Assembly (NCBI GenBank): GCA_003693705.1
Contig: RBZT01000978.1
Span: 1 to 64,000 of the forward strand
Origin: Polymyxa betae A26-41
Lineage: Eukaryota > Protista > Endomyxa: Phytomyxea
Reading direction: 5' to 3'
DNA: 64,000 nucleotides
Shown one piece after another: positions 12,301-26,273 of this stretch (the first letter of the stretch is position 1; each line of letters starts with the position of its first letter). Below the pieces are notes generated by a model. It made no database searches. It worked only from the letters and a program-made list of their open reading frames with translations, and was not told where the DNA came from. A program made the translations under genes and the position numbers.

Positions 12301-15300
12301 GCTCACGATCGGACGCTAACTCTAATTGCTGTTCTAGACGTAATGTTGTCTCTTGTAGGTCAGCTACACGTTGCTGCTCAGTAGTAAGTTGATATCTAAG
12401 ATCAGTAATCTGATCAGATAGCGTAGCTGATGTTGCTACTAACGATGTGTTCATAGATGTAATTCTCTCTGCTTCATTCTTAAAATCACATATTTCTCTC
12501 TCTAATCTTGATTGATCTCGTAGTAGTATTTCACATTGACATTGATAACGATCACATTGTTCCTTAACCGTATAGTGTTTCTCTCTAGATACCCGCTTAA
12601 AATCACAAATGCGATTTCTTAGCTCCTGAATATCATTGACAAGTTTGTTAATAAACTGATCTGTGAATTATGGGTATCAGTACTGCTTATAAAGCATTTA
12701 AGCACTGAAGTAGACCTCTGCATAGTATAGCTGAATCATAATGCCCCATCTGTTCCTGATAATGTCTATGTATATCAAGTAGGATGCACATATGATTATC
12801 AGAAGGCGCAGCTAGCCTTTGAGCAGAAAGCAGATCTCGCACCAGTCCATGATCATAGAGTAATAGGTGGTTATGACGTTGTATTGGATCTAGATCGAGA
12901 GCAGTTATTGTATGATGTATACGTCGCAATAGAGATTGTCGTCTATTGGTATATTTGACCTATAGATGATAGAGAAGTGAGTAACACAACCATATGTTAC
13001 ATATCTCATTACTAACATGTAATGAATTAATGATACAGTTCATAGCATATACTAGATCATCATACTGTTCTATAACATTATCGCATTCATTATCACCACC
13101 AACTAATTCATACTCCTCCATTATCATCCTTCTGTCATTCATCTCATCTTTCATCTGATCCAAGATCTTTTCACGACTTTCTAGCCTGTATCACGTGCTT
13201 AAAATCGACATAACAAACGACCTCGAGCTCCCGCACCGTCTTTGCAGCATGGTCGAGTACTGCAATAAAGTCGTACAGGCCCGCTGCAGTTCATCATTGA
13301 GCTGTTTACATCTGTAATTGATACATTTGGTTAGATGTGGATCTTAACAAATGAATGCCCAATTACTGTTGCTGATTATGTAGATACTGATTATATTGTT
13401 TGATCAATACATTAATAATAGGAAGTGCATGATCTGGTATATGATCATGTTCTAAATCACTAGAAATCTGCAATCCAGAACTGAATGATTTCGTTATTGC
13501 ATTCAATACATCGATTGTATCATGCAGAGAAGTTTTTAACAGATCATGTTGATGTTGAATATGTTCTTGATCTATATACAGGCCCAGTGTTAATCCACAT
13601 TGCATGAAATGCAAGAAACACATAAATACGAGACCTTGGCGTAATAGATCTAATTGAGCAAAGTTGTCATCTTGACCTATACGATATTAGTTAACGATTT
13701 GCCATTGTTGATGAGTTTTTATAAACCTGATTTCTGATCCATTGAAACTGATATCGATGAGGAATTGCTCTCTGATAGATGCTCCTTGATACGAGGACTT
13801 CCGATTTTTGTGCTAGATATATTGACAGAATATTGATTATGAATGGTCTTGGCTAATGCAGCGAATTTCAACGAACTAATAGTCCTGAAATCAATGATGT
13901 CATATTGTTGAGAATTGGGATTGATATAATATAATACTGACTAACTCATGAATATTATGTTTAGCAGCAGATGCACATACACAAATTAATGTTCGAGAAT
14001 TCCCTCCTAATGATGGCTGTAATATTCGTGTTAACCGTGAATTTCGATATGGTATATGGCTAGACCCTAAGCAGACATCAACATATGATTGTGTTGCATC
14101 AGATATAAAATGGATTAAGACCTTGGGCTAAATGTGATACAACTGAAGTCAACGAATAGAGGGACTTATTGATATTTCCACCTTCCTTCTGTCTTACTAA
14201 TGCATCAACTGATTTATCAGTCGAATATTTCGCTATTCGTTCTGATCTGAATAAGAATATCAACCTAGACAGTATATGATCTAAATAGTCATGTCATTTA
14301 CCCAGCAAGATCGACGACATTAAGAACAGATCTCCGCCTGATTTCTGTATCATCGTGTTGACGTCTATGGCATACTTCTAACTCAATACTCATGATTGAA
14401 TGACTTCGGCTGCTTTCATGATTCCAAACAGTCGCTGCTACACTACGGTTTTGAGCACCACGTTTAAGTAAGTTATGAATCTGATTATGCAGGCCGTTAA
14501 ATATCGATATTAAACATAGACCTGTCACCTAATTACTTCTTCAATGTTCGTCACGTTCTTCTTTTCCAATCTTTCAATATACACTCCATCGCTGTTTTCT
14601 CTGATTCGCAACGATTCACCTTTCCGTGTTTTTGAGGCTAAAAGATCATAGACCTCCCTGTGCACATTCAGTGAAATAAACATATGGGTCACATACTGAG
14701 TACAAACTCGTTATAAATCTCAAAATATGAGACCAGAAGCTGATATGTGCGATTGGATAAATCTGGTTGGTTAATTTTTTGTAATATATCTTGAACTAAC
14801 ATTGTAGATACACCAGGACATGTAGATGTGCCTGTTAATGTAAATGTCTTTCCACTACCTGTAATCCTGAATGTAAACTTTAAGATAACAGAGCAGAACA
14901 TTGATTACCGGTCTGTCCATATGTCATAATGGTCCCTTAATAACATTAGTATTCTGCATCTATTAAATGTATACAGTATATGATTACCATTAACTCCAGA
15001 TAGAAATGAATCTAATAATGGTGTGACATTACATTTATATAACTCACTTGTACTAGTTCCTGCATCAAATACATGATCGAAATTATACCTCAGACCGGCT
15101 TCAGACTGTTCAAGATCGTCCCCGATTTCATCGGAATCAATGCAGATTATAGATGTAGCATCATGTGGAACTTGCCATGATGGTTGTGATTGTGGTGAAT
15201 CCAGAGGACGTACACGAACTACAACCTGAATATTCTCTGATGTACTATTCAGACTTGATAATGATGTCTGACGACGAATATGGGCTGGTTTTGGTGTTTG

Positions 15301-15306
15301 GCTCAT
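9377..15306 (-). CDS. N-terminal motor kinesin (kinesin-7/CENP-E-like) with very long coiled-coil tail
   Basis: [40 protein letters not shown] and the LGGN motif across GT-AG introns, followed by multi-exon coiled coil to a stop at 9377. A single-gene model is likely but not proven. Confidence 0.85.
11290..12140 (-). repeat. 159-bp (53-aa) tandem repeat, ~5-6 copies, within kinesin tail
   Basis: Units such as [40 protein letters not shown]... Near-identical DNA at ~11802 and ~11961 (offset 159). Confidence 0.9.
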
Positions 15307-16201
15307 ATTAGATTGATAAGAATTGTGTGATCATATTCTCATTAATACATATCAATATATAAATGATGTATACAGATCAACTATAAACAGTCTTGGTCAA
15401 AAGTACTTGGAAATATCTCTCTATATGTAATATATGTCATATGAGGCCATTTACTCTATAATCGTAATAGATTATGAACTGTGAATCTCAACAATAGATT
15501 CGGATTTCTAAAGCGATAGTATTGTCTAGCCGCTTGAAGAAAATCGTCAACCATTGCTGTCTCCTTCAGCAGAAGCCTATTGCTAACATTATGACAATCG
15601 AGATGATACCTTTGCTGATAGAATATGAGAGTATAAGTACATGTATTTGAGTATAGTATGAGACATATGTAGGAGGTGAGCGGATCTCACCACTTCTATA
15701 TCACATTTATTTGTATTATTCATATTTGAACAATACTCTCGATCATATCTAATAGTTCATATTTATAATGTTATATCCTCATGATTCTCCATCCAATAGC
15801 ATGTCACAGCAGACAAACATATTCCACATCTTTGTATCGAATGGAGATAACCATTCTAGCCTTCTAATTTGTATCTTTGGACTCGTATTTTCAGATTCTG
15901 CTTGATATCTTCTATTCAGTATGGATGATATATTAGATGATGATCTGCTACTGGGGTTGTATTGGTAGTTATCATGAAACCATATCCGAGTTTCTGTGTA
16001 TTTATATGTACTTAAACTGAGACTATTGCTATGTCCTTCATGATAATTAGATGATGACGAGCAGCATATGCAGTAGTTATATGACAGATCATGAACCATG
16101 TGACGTTCATTAACTGATTGCCATGCAGCAAGTCATGTCGTTATGGGCCAACACAGACAAGCAGGATCTTGCTGCTTTAATCCATTCTGATAAAGTTCCT
16201 G

Positions 16202-16591
16202 ATGAAGATGTTCAAGATTACCATCATGATACTGGTCTTGAGTCTGATACTGATGTTTAGTCCATCTAAATGTTATGCTGCTTCTAGTAATATAACAACC
16301 ATGATGAGATCTACAACAAGCAGAATGTCAATAATGTCATCTAACAGAACATCATCAGCATCTAATCAATCTGCAAGTTCATCTCCTACACCAACATCTT
16401 CTAATACAACCAATCATATCCATGCACTGGATATTACAGTAACTCCATCATCATCATCGTCACCATCATCATCATCATCATCTGGATCTTCTGCAATATC
16501 AACACCACCACCAACTTCATCTTCTAACAAGCTCACCATCCTTCCATTAGTTCCACCAATCCTCTGTTCAATTATTGCTCTAGCAATCTAA
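16202..16591 (+). CDS. Small Ser/Thr-rich mucin-like protein, probably GPI-anchored
   Basis: Signal peptide, poly-Ser encoded by (TCA)n, and hydrophobic C-terminus LTILPLVPPILCSIIALAI. Confidence 0.75.
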   Translation: MKMFKITIMILVLSLILMFSPSKCYAASSNITTMMRSTTSRMSIMSSNRTSSASNQSASSSPTPTSSNTTNHIHALDITVTPSSSSSPSSSSSSGSSAISTPPPTSSSNKLTILPLVPPILCSIIALAI

Positions 16592-17259
16592 TTAATCATG
16601 TTTGATGAAATAATACAATCATCATACATTTGCTATCATAAATTGATGTACAGTAGTTAATGCAACAGTTGATATAATTATGTAAACCTGTATGCATAGC
16701 TTGTCATTTGAATATTATCATTATCAACATGGTTTGCTATTACTCCCAATATAAATATTCACTTTCCTGCTTGACAACTCTATGCTATTACTACAATATT
16801 TTCATAAGTAGTGATAGATGTTCACTCTCATATGTTTATAAACGATTCCAAATCTTTTTTACAGGTACTGGATTTTGCAAAATTCAGATTGGTAGTTCTA
16901 ACTGACTGCTGAATATATTGCGAATTATAGAGTATTAATGGATGAGATAATCGGGGAATGTTAATGTCGATATTGAATGTGACAATTATTACTGATTATT
17001 ACACAGTTCATTCTGTACAAAACAGATAAACGAGATTTGGCTAAAGCACGATCGTCTGTTTCAATGAAAATCTTGTAGCCATGGGACCTATGACGTACAT
17101 CCTGTAATGAGCTGCATCATGATGTCATGATTAATGGTCATGATGAATTTGCTGCATGCATGACGTGCAGCCATATTAATGAAAGAAATGATTCAGATCT
17201 AGATGTACCGGTATAACATCTTCATTATATCTGCACATACTCGAAATTAACCAATAATA

Positions 17260-19122
17260 ATGATATCGAGATACATTATACTGGCTGTAATCATTGCTGT
17301 AGTAAATCATGCATGGGGATCTCGTATACAACGTCCTCCAGATGTTAAACCTCAAACATCAGCACCACCTCCAAGATTCCGACCATCAAATCCACCACAA
17401 CAAACTCCTCCAAATCTTGCTTCTCAATCATGCAAGCTCGCTCTTGGCCATCTCTATAACCAAACCACTGCTTGTTTCGGTACAATCCCATATTACAATA
17501 TCCCAATGAATCCATTATTGAATAGGCCTGATCCCTCCATCTCCTAATCAAACATTTAAGAGTAATTGGTGCTCAGATTCTGGATGTAGAGCGAATATTC
17601 GTAACCAAGTCTCAATTGTTCTTGGCCAATGCACAAAGAATGATGGTGCTCAAGACATGATCGCTACAATACAATCAAGAACTGAGAATATGGTTCAATA
17701 TTTGTGTCCAGCTCAAGATTCATGTCCTGGCAATTCTGATCTATTATCTAAAATCGCTAATCAAGGACCACCTACCACGACGATGCTGAATTCAGTCTGT
17801 CAGCCATGTGCCTTAAAAGTTGGTTCAGTCAAATTCAAGTATTCATGATTTTTCAGAGTAATTGTTCATATAGAACTTGGGACAGCAAACTAGAGATCAA
17901 ATGATGAACAGAAATGGACCTCCTGTTGATCATATCCCACAATTTAACCAGATTGCTCAAGCAAAAGCTATCTGTGACACGGTAAGAATATTGCCAATAA
18001 TCCTGGATCATCTTTAACTTATATAACAAAGGCTGATGGAGAATATTGCAGTCCTCAGATACTGAGCTTTAATGGCAGTCAACCAGAACAGTTATGCAGC
18101 CTCTGTTTCAGGAAATATTTCGCCAAAATGGCTTTTACTGGCAACAGAACTACAGAGAAAATCAATCCCTACCAAAGATTTGGAGAACTTCTTGATCAGT
18201 AATTCAGCTTCTACTGCTGGAATTTTTCGATTCTGATTATGTCGTTGCAGTGGTTGTATTCATGATGAAAACGATAAACCATGCATCAAGAGATTGGCCC
18301 TGCTACTGAGTGTATCAAATCCTGTATTAGCTAATCTTAGTGCTCAAGCACCATCTCGTCCTCTGCAACAGTGCCTTTCTGGCTGTGATCAAAATTGTCT
18401 CAGATTCCTCAATAACACTGCCACCAAAGCTGGAAACTGCTCTGCTGCGCTTAAACCTTTCGTTAAGTTCTTAGGAGTTAACCTTCCTGATACTTGTGAG
18501 TCTATTACAACTTACAACTGATGAACATCGTCTCACTGCATATCGATTTCAGGCTTCGGAAATCTGAGCATCCCTCCGCCAAGTTATTCGAAAACAATAC
18601 AAAGATTGACCTGGGTTATCAAGACCAATGATACAGCTACAAACATCTGCAACCAATTGACACTGGATATGGCAACCAACTTCGGCATGGATCGTAATAA
18701 AATTTCCTGCATGCCCCAACCAAATGCTATGTTTGCTCGGCGCTTATTATCGAACACGAGGACTGTGACCACGACATCCAGTGATTACTCAAGCGATGGT
18801 AAGATCATAATGCTGATATTGAGTAAATTTGTCAGACATCTCATATGGGGCTGTAGGTTCGTCGAGTCAGTCGACGTTTACACCAGATACTGTCAATGGT
18901 GAAGTAGTATCTGTTTCAGATGCTACCGCTACAACTATGTCACCTGGAACAGCAAATCCACAAGATGTATCTACCCCAACTACTGCCCCTACATCAACAC
19001 CATCGACCCCTACATCAACAACTCCAACACCATCGACGACTTCTACAAATTCCCCTGCTTCTAAGAGTACAAAATCCATAGCCCTGATAACACTGCCTAT
19101 CATATTCAGTCTCATTCTATAA
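17260..19122 (+). CDS. Secreted Cys-rich surface protein with Pro-rich N-terminus and Thr/Ser stalk, probably GPI-anchored
   Basis: Signal peptide MISRYIILAVIIAVVNHAWG. About 7 exons joined by GT-AG introns. Many paired Cys, a TPTTAPTSTPSTP stalk and a hydrophobic tail SIALITLPIIFSLIL. Confidence 0.8.
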
Positions 19123-19206
19123 GAAATTATCTGGGACCTAAATAAATTCATACAAATTTGGATACATCTGTTAAATTAATGACTTATAAATGAAATCGAT
19201 GGAAGT

Positions 19207-20718
19207 TTAACAACCCAAAAGTCGGCAAACCGTATTAACAACATCAGTCTTATGAGGTAATGCTGCTTGCTCTAATCCAGTTGCATATGGCATTGGAACA
19301 TCAGCACCTGAAACACGACCTACTGGACCATCTAGATGATCGAATATTTCACTCTCTGCCACCATAGCAGCGATCTCTGAGCCAATACCACATACAGGCC
19401 ACCCTAATTCATATCAGACAGCTTTTAACCAGCAATGTCAATTTTTGTTACCATTTTCAATGGTAACAAGATGATGGGTTTTTTTAACAGACTCGAAGAT
19501 GGTATCCCTGTCTAAAGGTCTGATAGATCGAAGATTAATGACCTGCGAAACATTCAGCTGTTATCGTGATTGGTTTATTCAGTAACTGACCTCGCATTCA
19601 ACACCAAAATCTTTGGACAAAATTTCAGCTGCTTCTAATGCCAGTTCAACAGGTTTAGAGAATGCCACCAGTGTGACATCAGTTCCAGGGCGGGCGATAT
19701 GTGCCTTGCCAAGCGGAAGCACAAAATCTTTCGATAGGACCTCAGCACTAACATCAAAAGTTTTTCCATACCTAGCTAAGATTAGTCAAACTGAAACAGC
19801 AGACAGTAATAGACAGACATCAATTCATCTTCTAAGAACACAACAGGAGAGTCGGATCGAATTGCGGCTTTAAGTAGACCACGAGCGTCAGTTGAGTCAA
19901 AAGGAGATAGAACAATGAGGCCAGGAACAGAACCATACCTAACAGGCGAGCAAGTTAATATAAACAATAGTTTTTTATGGGACTTTTACCAAGCCGCGAA
20001 ACATTGCGAATGTTGTGCACCGACTCCAAGAGCTGGGCCGTTAGGACCTCTGAAAACGATTGGAACCTGTCAATATTAGTAGTCGTAAAATACTGAAATG
20101 AACAATATGAACCTTGATTTGCCCGCCCGACATGTAATGTGATTTGGCAGCAGAATTAACAACTTGATCGATTGCTTGCATGCTAAAATCAGAACTTAGT
20201 ACATTCCTCAAATAGCGGTTTTACTTCCATAACCTGAAATTCATCGTCATGAATTCGCAAACTGGACGTAAACCAGCAAACGCGGAACCGGTAGCAATCC
20301 CTATTGAAATGAGCGACCAAATTGATGAAACATATTTGAACATGCAACAAACCTGCAAATCCCATTTCTGTAATCGGAGTATCACGAACGCGTCGGGCTC
20401 CATACTTATCGAATAACCCTTTTGTAATCTAATTGACACTGTTTCAAAAAATTATATATAATAAGATGAAGTTCTGGACCTTGTACGCGCCATTGTATTC
20501 AGCGACCTCTTCACCAAGAATATATACTTTTTCATCGCGTTCCATTTCTTCATCCAACGCTGAATTTAAAGCCTCGCGTACTGTCATCTATTAGAAGCAT
20601 TCAGCAACACATTGGCGAGTGAGTCTCTCAGTGAGACCTGTTTGGATGCCGCATTGCTGAACAAGCGGGTGTGAATTATTCTGGATGAAAATGCAGATCT
20701 TGCCCGGCAGGTTAACAT
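19207..20718 (-). CDS. PDHB: Pyruvate dehydrogenase E1 beta subunit, mitochondrial
   Basis: [52 protein letters not shown] and DVPMPYA across short introns. N-terminal transit peptide. Confidence 0.96.
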
Positions 20719-20842
20719 GGAAATGAGCAGAGAGATAAAAGAATGAGAGAAAACCCTGAACACATAGACCTTGCTCTTACGGCATAAACAAGCTACAAAC
20801 TATACTACTTAATGCAACAAGCCCACAACACAACATCATCTT

Positions 20843-23800
20843 TTACATCTTAATCATTTTATCTTTTCCTTTCACATAGGTAATGCTTTCACCAATACGG
20901 CACGGTTTCACGAAAATATTGGTCAGCGACTTATCGCTCAAAAGGATCTCGCCTGAATCGTTGGTAATTTTTATGGATGGCAAAGGCTGGAATCCAGGCT
21001 GCAATGGATAAAGTCTCCATTCCAATTTCATATTGTCATTTGCTGGAATCCAGACTGTTCTCTACATTTGCATAAACAACCTCAAAATAAACAATAAATC
21101 ATGGCAAACCTTAATCGGACCGATCAAATGATAGGTGCTTTTGGGAAATTCAACAAATATATGCACCGTACTGCTAGTCTGGAGAAAGGATTGAATCTGA
21201 ACTATTAAATTGCACGATCGCCCGATTTCGACATCTTCTGGAGCAGGAAGAAAAAGATCAGCAGAAAGTGGAGGAATCAGAACAGTGATTGCAGTTGAAA
21301 CAGGGATTGCATATGTCTGAATGCAAGACGATTTTGATCGTTTCCAATTAAATCGAATTTGTCCTGGGCATATTGAATTGCATTGTTTGATGGGAAGGAA
21401 CGCAAACTGCAGAGAAATGAAATCGCCAGGGCCGACTTCTGGAAAAAATCATTCAGTTATTTATACGCAGATCTTTAACAAACTACCTTGATTGACATCA
21501 TGTGACGGATTCTGCTTCATTTCGAGAAAGTCGGCTTCCTGACAATGAAATCAGTTAATAATGTCTATTGTATGTAAAAGCTTATACTAACATGGTCAAA
21601 GAAGACCTCAATAACATGTATACTAACCGGCGATACGTTCCGCAATAGTACATGCAGGATTGCAGGATATCCCGAACGTAATATCGATTGCAAAAGTCCA
21701 GGCTAGTCAAAAATCAATTCGTTAAAAAAACAGATAGATCAGAGCAAACTACAGACCGGATTCGGAGTACTGACCGAAAGACTGAACACGTTTTCCACGA
21801 TTTCCAACGGGTTCATGACATGCCAGTGCACTTCGTGTTCATACAATGAGACTTTGTCACCAAATAACTTTAACCACGCCTAGGGAGAATAAGCACGATT
21901 TTTTGCTGTGTATGCGGTACTTACCTGAGCGTTGCCAGAAGATAAGAAATACAATTGTGCCTTAACAGTTCTCGCAGATTGATTGGGCGAATCGGAGCTA
22001 GGAATAGGAACAGGGTCATGAAATCTGATAGGCTCGCATGTGTCTTCATCAACAATGGCATTCTCTTGGCTGCAGTTCAATGTGTAAAGCTCGTAGGCTG
22101 AACATAAAATCAGTACATGAAACAAAACCCATTATGGGGTTTCAGATCACCTTCAGAGTTTTCAATAACCAATGACAATGGGAACAATTCCTGAACAAAC
22201 ACCACAGGAGTATCGAAAGCAGATTTCACTTTGATGGTTTCACTTTTCTAGAAAGGCTGTGAGCGAAAAAAGATGTAAAGAGTAAACGAACTCGCGAAGC
22301 AGGGCCAGTATGATGGCATATAGATATTCTCACGGCCACATCTTTGATTGTCAATACAGCATATGATTGTGGAGGTAATTCTCGTTCTAGAATCAGTGAC
22401 TCTTTCCGAGATAGAGATACATCTAAACGCACGTAATCAATATTTTCTAAGGGTGAGGACGACCGTTTTAACAGACTTTGGCATAGTTCGCGCGATGCTC
22501 CAGATTCGTCATATAAAGTGACCAGGTTGCATAAAATCGCTGGTGAGAATTGGCTGGTATAACATGATGAGAGATTTTCAAGCAGGGCTTCACTTTACCT
22601 TTTGATTGCAATTTTTCCCGACTCCTGTGATAACCCAACTGAAATACACATGATTAATGCAGATCGAACATAAGGAAAAAATTTCCAACTACCAATGCCA
22701 GTCGACGATACGTCAACAACATCTTGGCATTTTGACAGATAGAACACCAATTCTTTCTGAAGAGCGGAAGTTGAACCTGTACCATCATCAGCTTATGGAA
22801 AGGGCTTTTAGCTCAAATAAGCTTACCATCTGTCGATAACGCTATTAATTCGCAGGAGTAAAGAACAATTTTTGTAATCAATTCAAGCGATATGCACGCA
22901 ACACGAGCATCACAAAGAGCAGATATTAACAGTTCAGTCCAATTTTCTTTACGAAGTAAACTTATCGCCTACCATAGTCAATTACAAAATAATTTGCAAG
23001 AACACTAAGTAAACCTTCTCAAAAAGGGGTAAGGCAGCCGTGTAATGACCATCACGATTTAGTTGCCTGGCTATGCGTAGCTCTGACAAGGCGACCTGAC
23101 GTTTTCTTTTTCTAGGATAAGCTAGCAATAAATTATGAGCGGCTGTCAGCAGTGATGTAACACTGGAAGATTGGCGATATTTTGATTCCGCTAGCAAGTA
23201 TAAGTCGAGAAAAAGAGTATTATCGGATTCAAATTCGTCATCTAAGCCATGAATATCAACCAGATAATTAGCTGGCAAAGAGGAACTGACATCGCTGAAT
23301 TTGACCGCAATAAAACGGAGTCTTCTGCATCAATTCATCTAACTGGCCCATGTAGTGTTGTTCGAAATCAGGCAGAGCGAATGAGCACTCCATTCGATGC
23401 ATGAGGGAATTTGCAGCAGAGTTCACATAACGTAGACAGAGTGCTAAGTTTCCCTGCATCAGCAATCCCATTGTGGTATACCTTCATCAAGAATAAGAAC
23501 TACATCGTCAAAGATAATAGATGTCTTACTCATGTTGAAGCCAGCTGTAAAATGTAAAACGCAGAGCTTTCATAAAAGGATCGTCAACGTTGATTTTAGT
23601 CATTGTCCTGATATGACGATCAAACTGTTCACTTGCTCCAACAAGATCTTCGCTTAAAATTAAGAGACGACAAATCTATCAACTTCTTATAAGCAGAATT
23701 TTAAGTGATGAAACTTAAAATGCGAACCAGAGCATTGATAATGAGGCCAACATCACGTATTTCAATCAGCTGAAATACGGATGAAGGCTGCATTTCAGAA

Positions 23801-24893
23801 AGATCTTTATGGGCAGCATTAAGGTACCTAAACCAATATGGCAAAGCAGTCCATGTTATAACAGAACGTACTTTTTGGCAGAATTCAAATCATGACTTAG
23901 GAAAGCATAAAACCCAAGTTTGATATGATAGCGAATCAGGGTAAAGATATGAGAATGACGGCCCAGTTTTGATCGCTTTCGCTTTAGAATCTTCATACAG
24001 TTACTATAAGAAGCGATAGCATTTTCTTTGATGTGCGATACGACAGTATCCACAGATTGAGGTAAACGAAACGATTGCACGATTATCACAGAATCTTCTG
24101 GTAGTCCCAAATCATCACGTAATGTCATAACTTGACGTTCAAGAAGAACATCATCTGGCACAACAAAAACCAATCAGCGATCAGAAATTAGAACTTAACT
24201 GGTCACCTTCAAGAGGAACAGATGCTTTAAAAATTACAACCATCAGAAACCCAGTTCTTGTACGATTGTGTTGCCTAAATTAGATGAGATGAACAAAGAA
24301 ATCATAATCGGACAGAAACCTGTGAAGTCTCCATTGTTCATTGACACACTTTCTCAATTCTGAGAAACTCTGATTCGATTCCCATTGAAATAGAAGAACA
24401 GATAAAGCTGGGACGAATGCGATCCGATTCATAAACCAAGTTGAATAAATAATGCCAGCAACAGGCTGTAATCTCATTAATAAAACTCAATAGTGCTCGA
24501 TTTGATGGCATGCCTGTGAATCTGATATAACGTCGCTCCCGTCGTCTTCATCATCGGAGCCATTACTTCGCTCTGGCAATCTCCAATCATAGTCACCACG
24601 AAGCACCTATAAGTTTCACTCATACAAATTGCAAACATTTTGAAAGTAACATTGCGGTTTCCCAATCAGAATCTCAGAAAAAGCTTCACTGATAAGAGTT
24701 TGAGTTTACAATGTGTAAATACGAGCACTACATTGAAATGAGAGAGGCAATGTTGCTGAACGATGTCGGTCAGATTTACTGGCCCATGAAAAGCGATACT
24801 TGGTTGGATAAAATCACAGGAACACAGCCAGGATAGATGTTGTGGTATAACTGCACTGAGAGCTGAACGTGCTCTGGCAGATGGAGACGCCAT
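20843..24893 (-). CDS. TRAPPC11: Trafficking protein particle complex subunit 11 (foie gras/gryzun-like)
   Basis: IRYHIKLGFYAF, VPALSVLLF, and C-terminal YPLQPGFQPLPSIKI. Many short introns and ~4 kb length, matching the family. Confidence 0.7.
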
Positions 24894-25095
24894 TGGGCAC
24901 TGCTATGCCTATGAGATCTGATTCATGAGCTGAGCCTACTGTAGCTTGTATTATTAAATCCGTAATCCTCTGCTTGCTTCCTTATCTTACATCTGTCATA
25001 GACGATATTCTGGCATATGCTTCCCTCCTTTCTCGGGAACTCTTGTGATTCCTCCAGCATCTAGCTTTCAGTAAATCATTGGCTTTGCAGTTGTA

Positions 25096-25788
25096 TTACA
25101 TACGACGGGTTCTGTTATAGCGTAAATGGATATAAGAACCCAGGCAAAATTGCTGGCAGATTAAGATGACGGCGATAATGCTGTAGCGCCTCTTGCCATA
25201 CAACTTAAACAATCTCGAGTCGTCTGTAGAAAATTTACTTGGGCCAGCTTGCATCCCGCTATCTGAACTGAAACTGCTTGAGTTGACGAAAAACTCGTCA
25301 TTCAAACTCGATTCAGGCTTTCTCTTGACTACAAAAGATATAAGAGCTTGATCACATTCTTGAGCATCGAATATTGATACAGATCCGAACTGACTGAATC
25401 GCGATTTCATATCGTTTCTTGATACTCTAATGGTGTATGACATCAAAGGAAGCACCTGCCCAAGGTAGTCATATACAATGTGCATGCAATATTATCCCAG
25501 ATTGTTCACCTGAATGTTACTATGATTACAATGAAACCTAACCATATAAATGGATTCAGGAGTTAAATCATGCAATCTGAATCGATTCAATCCATCTGTA
25601 ATGGGAAAATGCTCTAGATTCGATTCACGAAACCGATGGAGGAGGTTTACGACTAGTTCGCAGGAGAAATCCATCACAGCTACAGCATAATGGACATGGA
25701 TGTCGATATGGTCTCCGCAAACCTCCATGATTGCAGACGATACAAATGGTGAATTGAATATGGTCAGGAATAGGATCCAATGCATCAC
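25096..25788 (-). CDS. Hypothetical type-I membrane protein with FN3-like segment
   Basis: Signal peptide, FRLHDLTPESIYMVRFH (FN3-like), one GT-AG intron joining the two ORFs, and a C-terminal hydrophobic segment. Confidence 0.5.
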
Positions 25789-26273
25789 TTATCATGAGAC
25801 AATTTAGTGACGGAACCTTTCAGACCTGACTCTACATTACTAATCTATGCTTATCAACAAATCTTCTGAATATGGACATCCCCCTGGTCAGCAGACGTCC
25901 CACTATCCCACCCAGACAGTTGGATGCAAGTTGGAATACAGTAATACAGCACACACACAACCGTTTATCTCATTGCGAACTCACCAAATGAAACGTTCAC
26001 AGGTTATCAAGATATCGGATGTGCAATTTTTCATGAGGCTAAAACGACAAAACATCGATTGAAAATTGTGATTCTTGCAAAAACCCATGTGATACTGTAT
26101 CTATGAGCTACCGACTATGGATTTGTTATATTGTGAGTACAGCTGGGGCCATACCCATAAATGGACATGTATGCGCAAAATGGGACTTTTATGTTAAATA
26201 CTTTCCCGACCAAATCCATCAACAAGTGATCAACCCCCGCCCCAAGCCTCCTTACTTTGTCGAAATATCCTTC

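Noticed and set aside
15779-16099. 106-aa minus-strand ORF
   Set aside because: No recognisable motif and low-complexity composition, so it cannot be supported as a gene.
17480-17562. Apparent need for a non-canonical intron in the surface-protein gene
   Set aside because: A canonical 46-nt GTACAA...GAATAG intron restores the frame (G-LIPPSPNQTFKSNWC).
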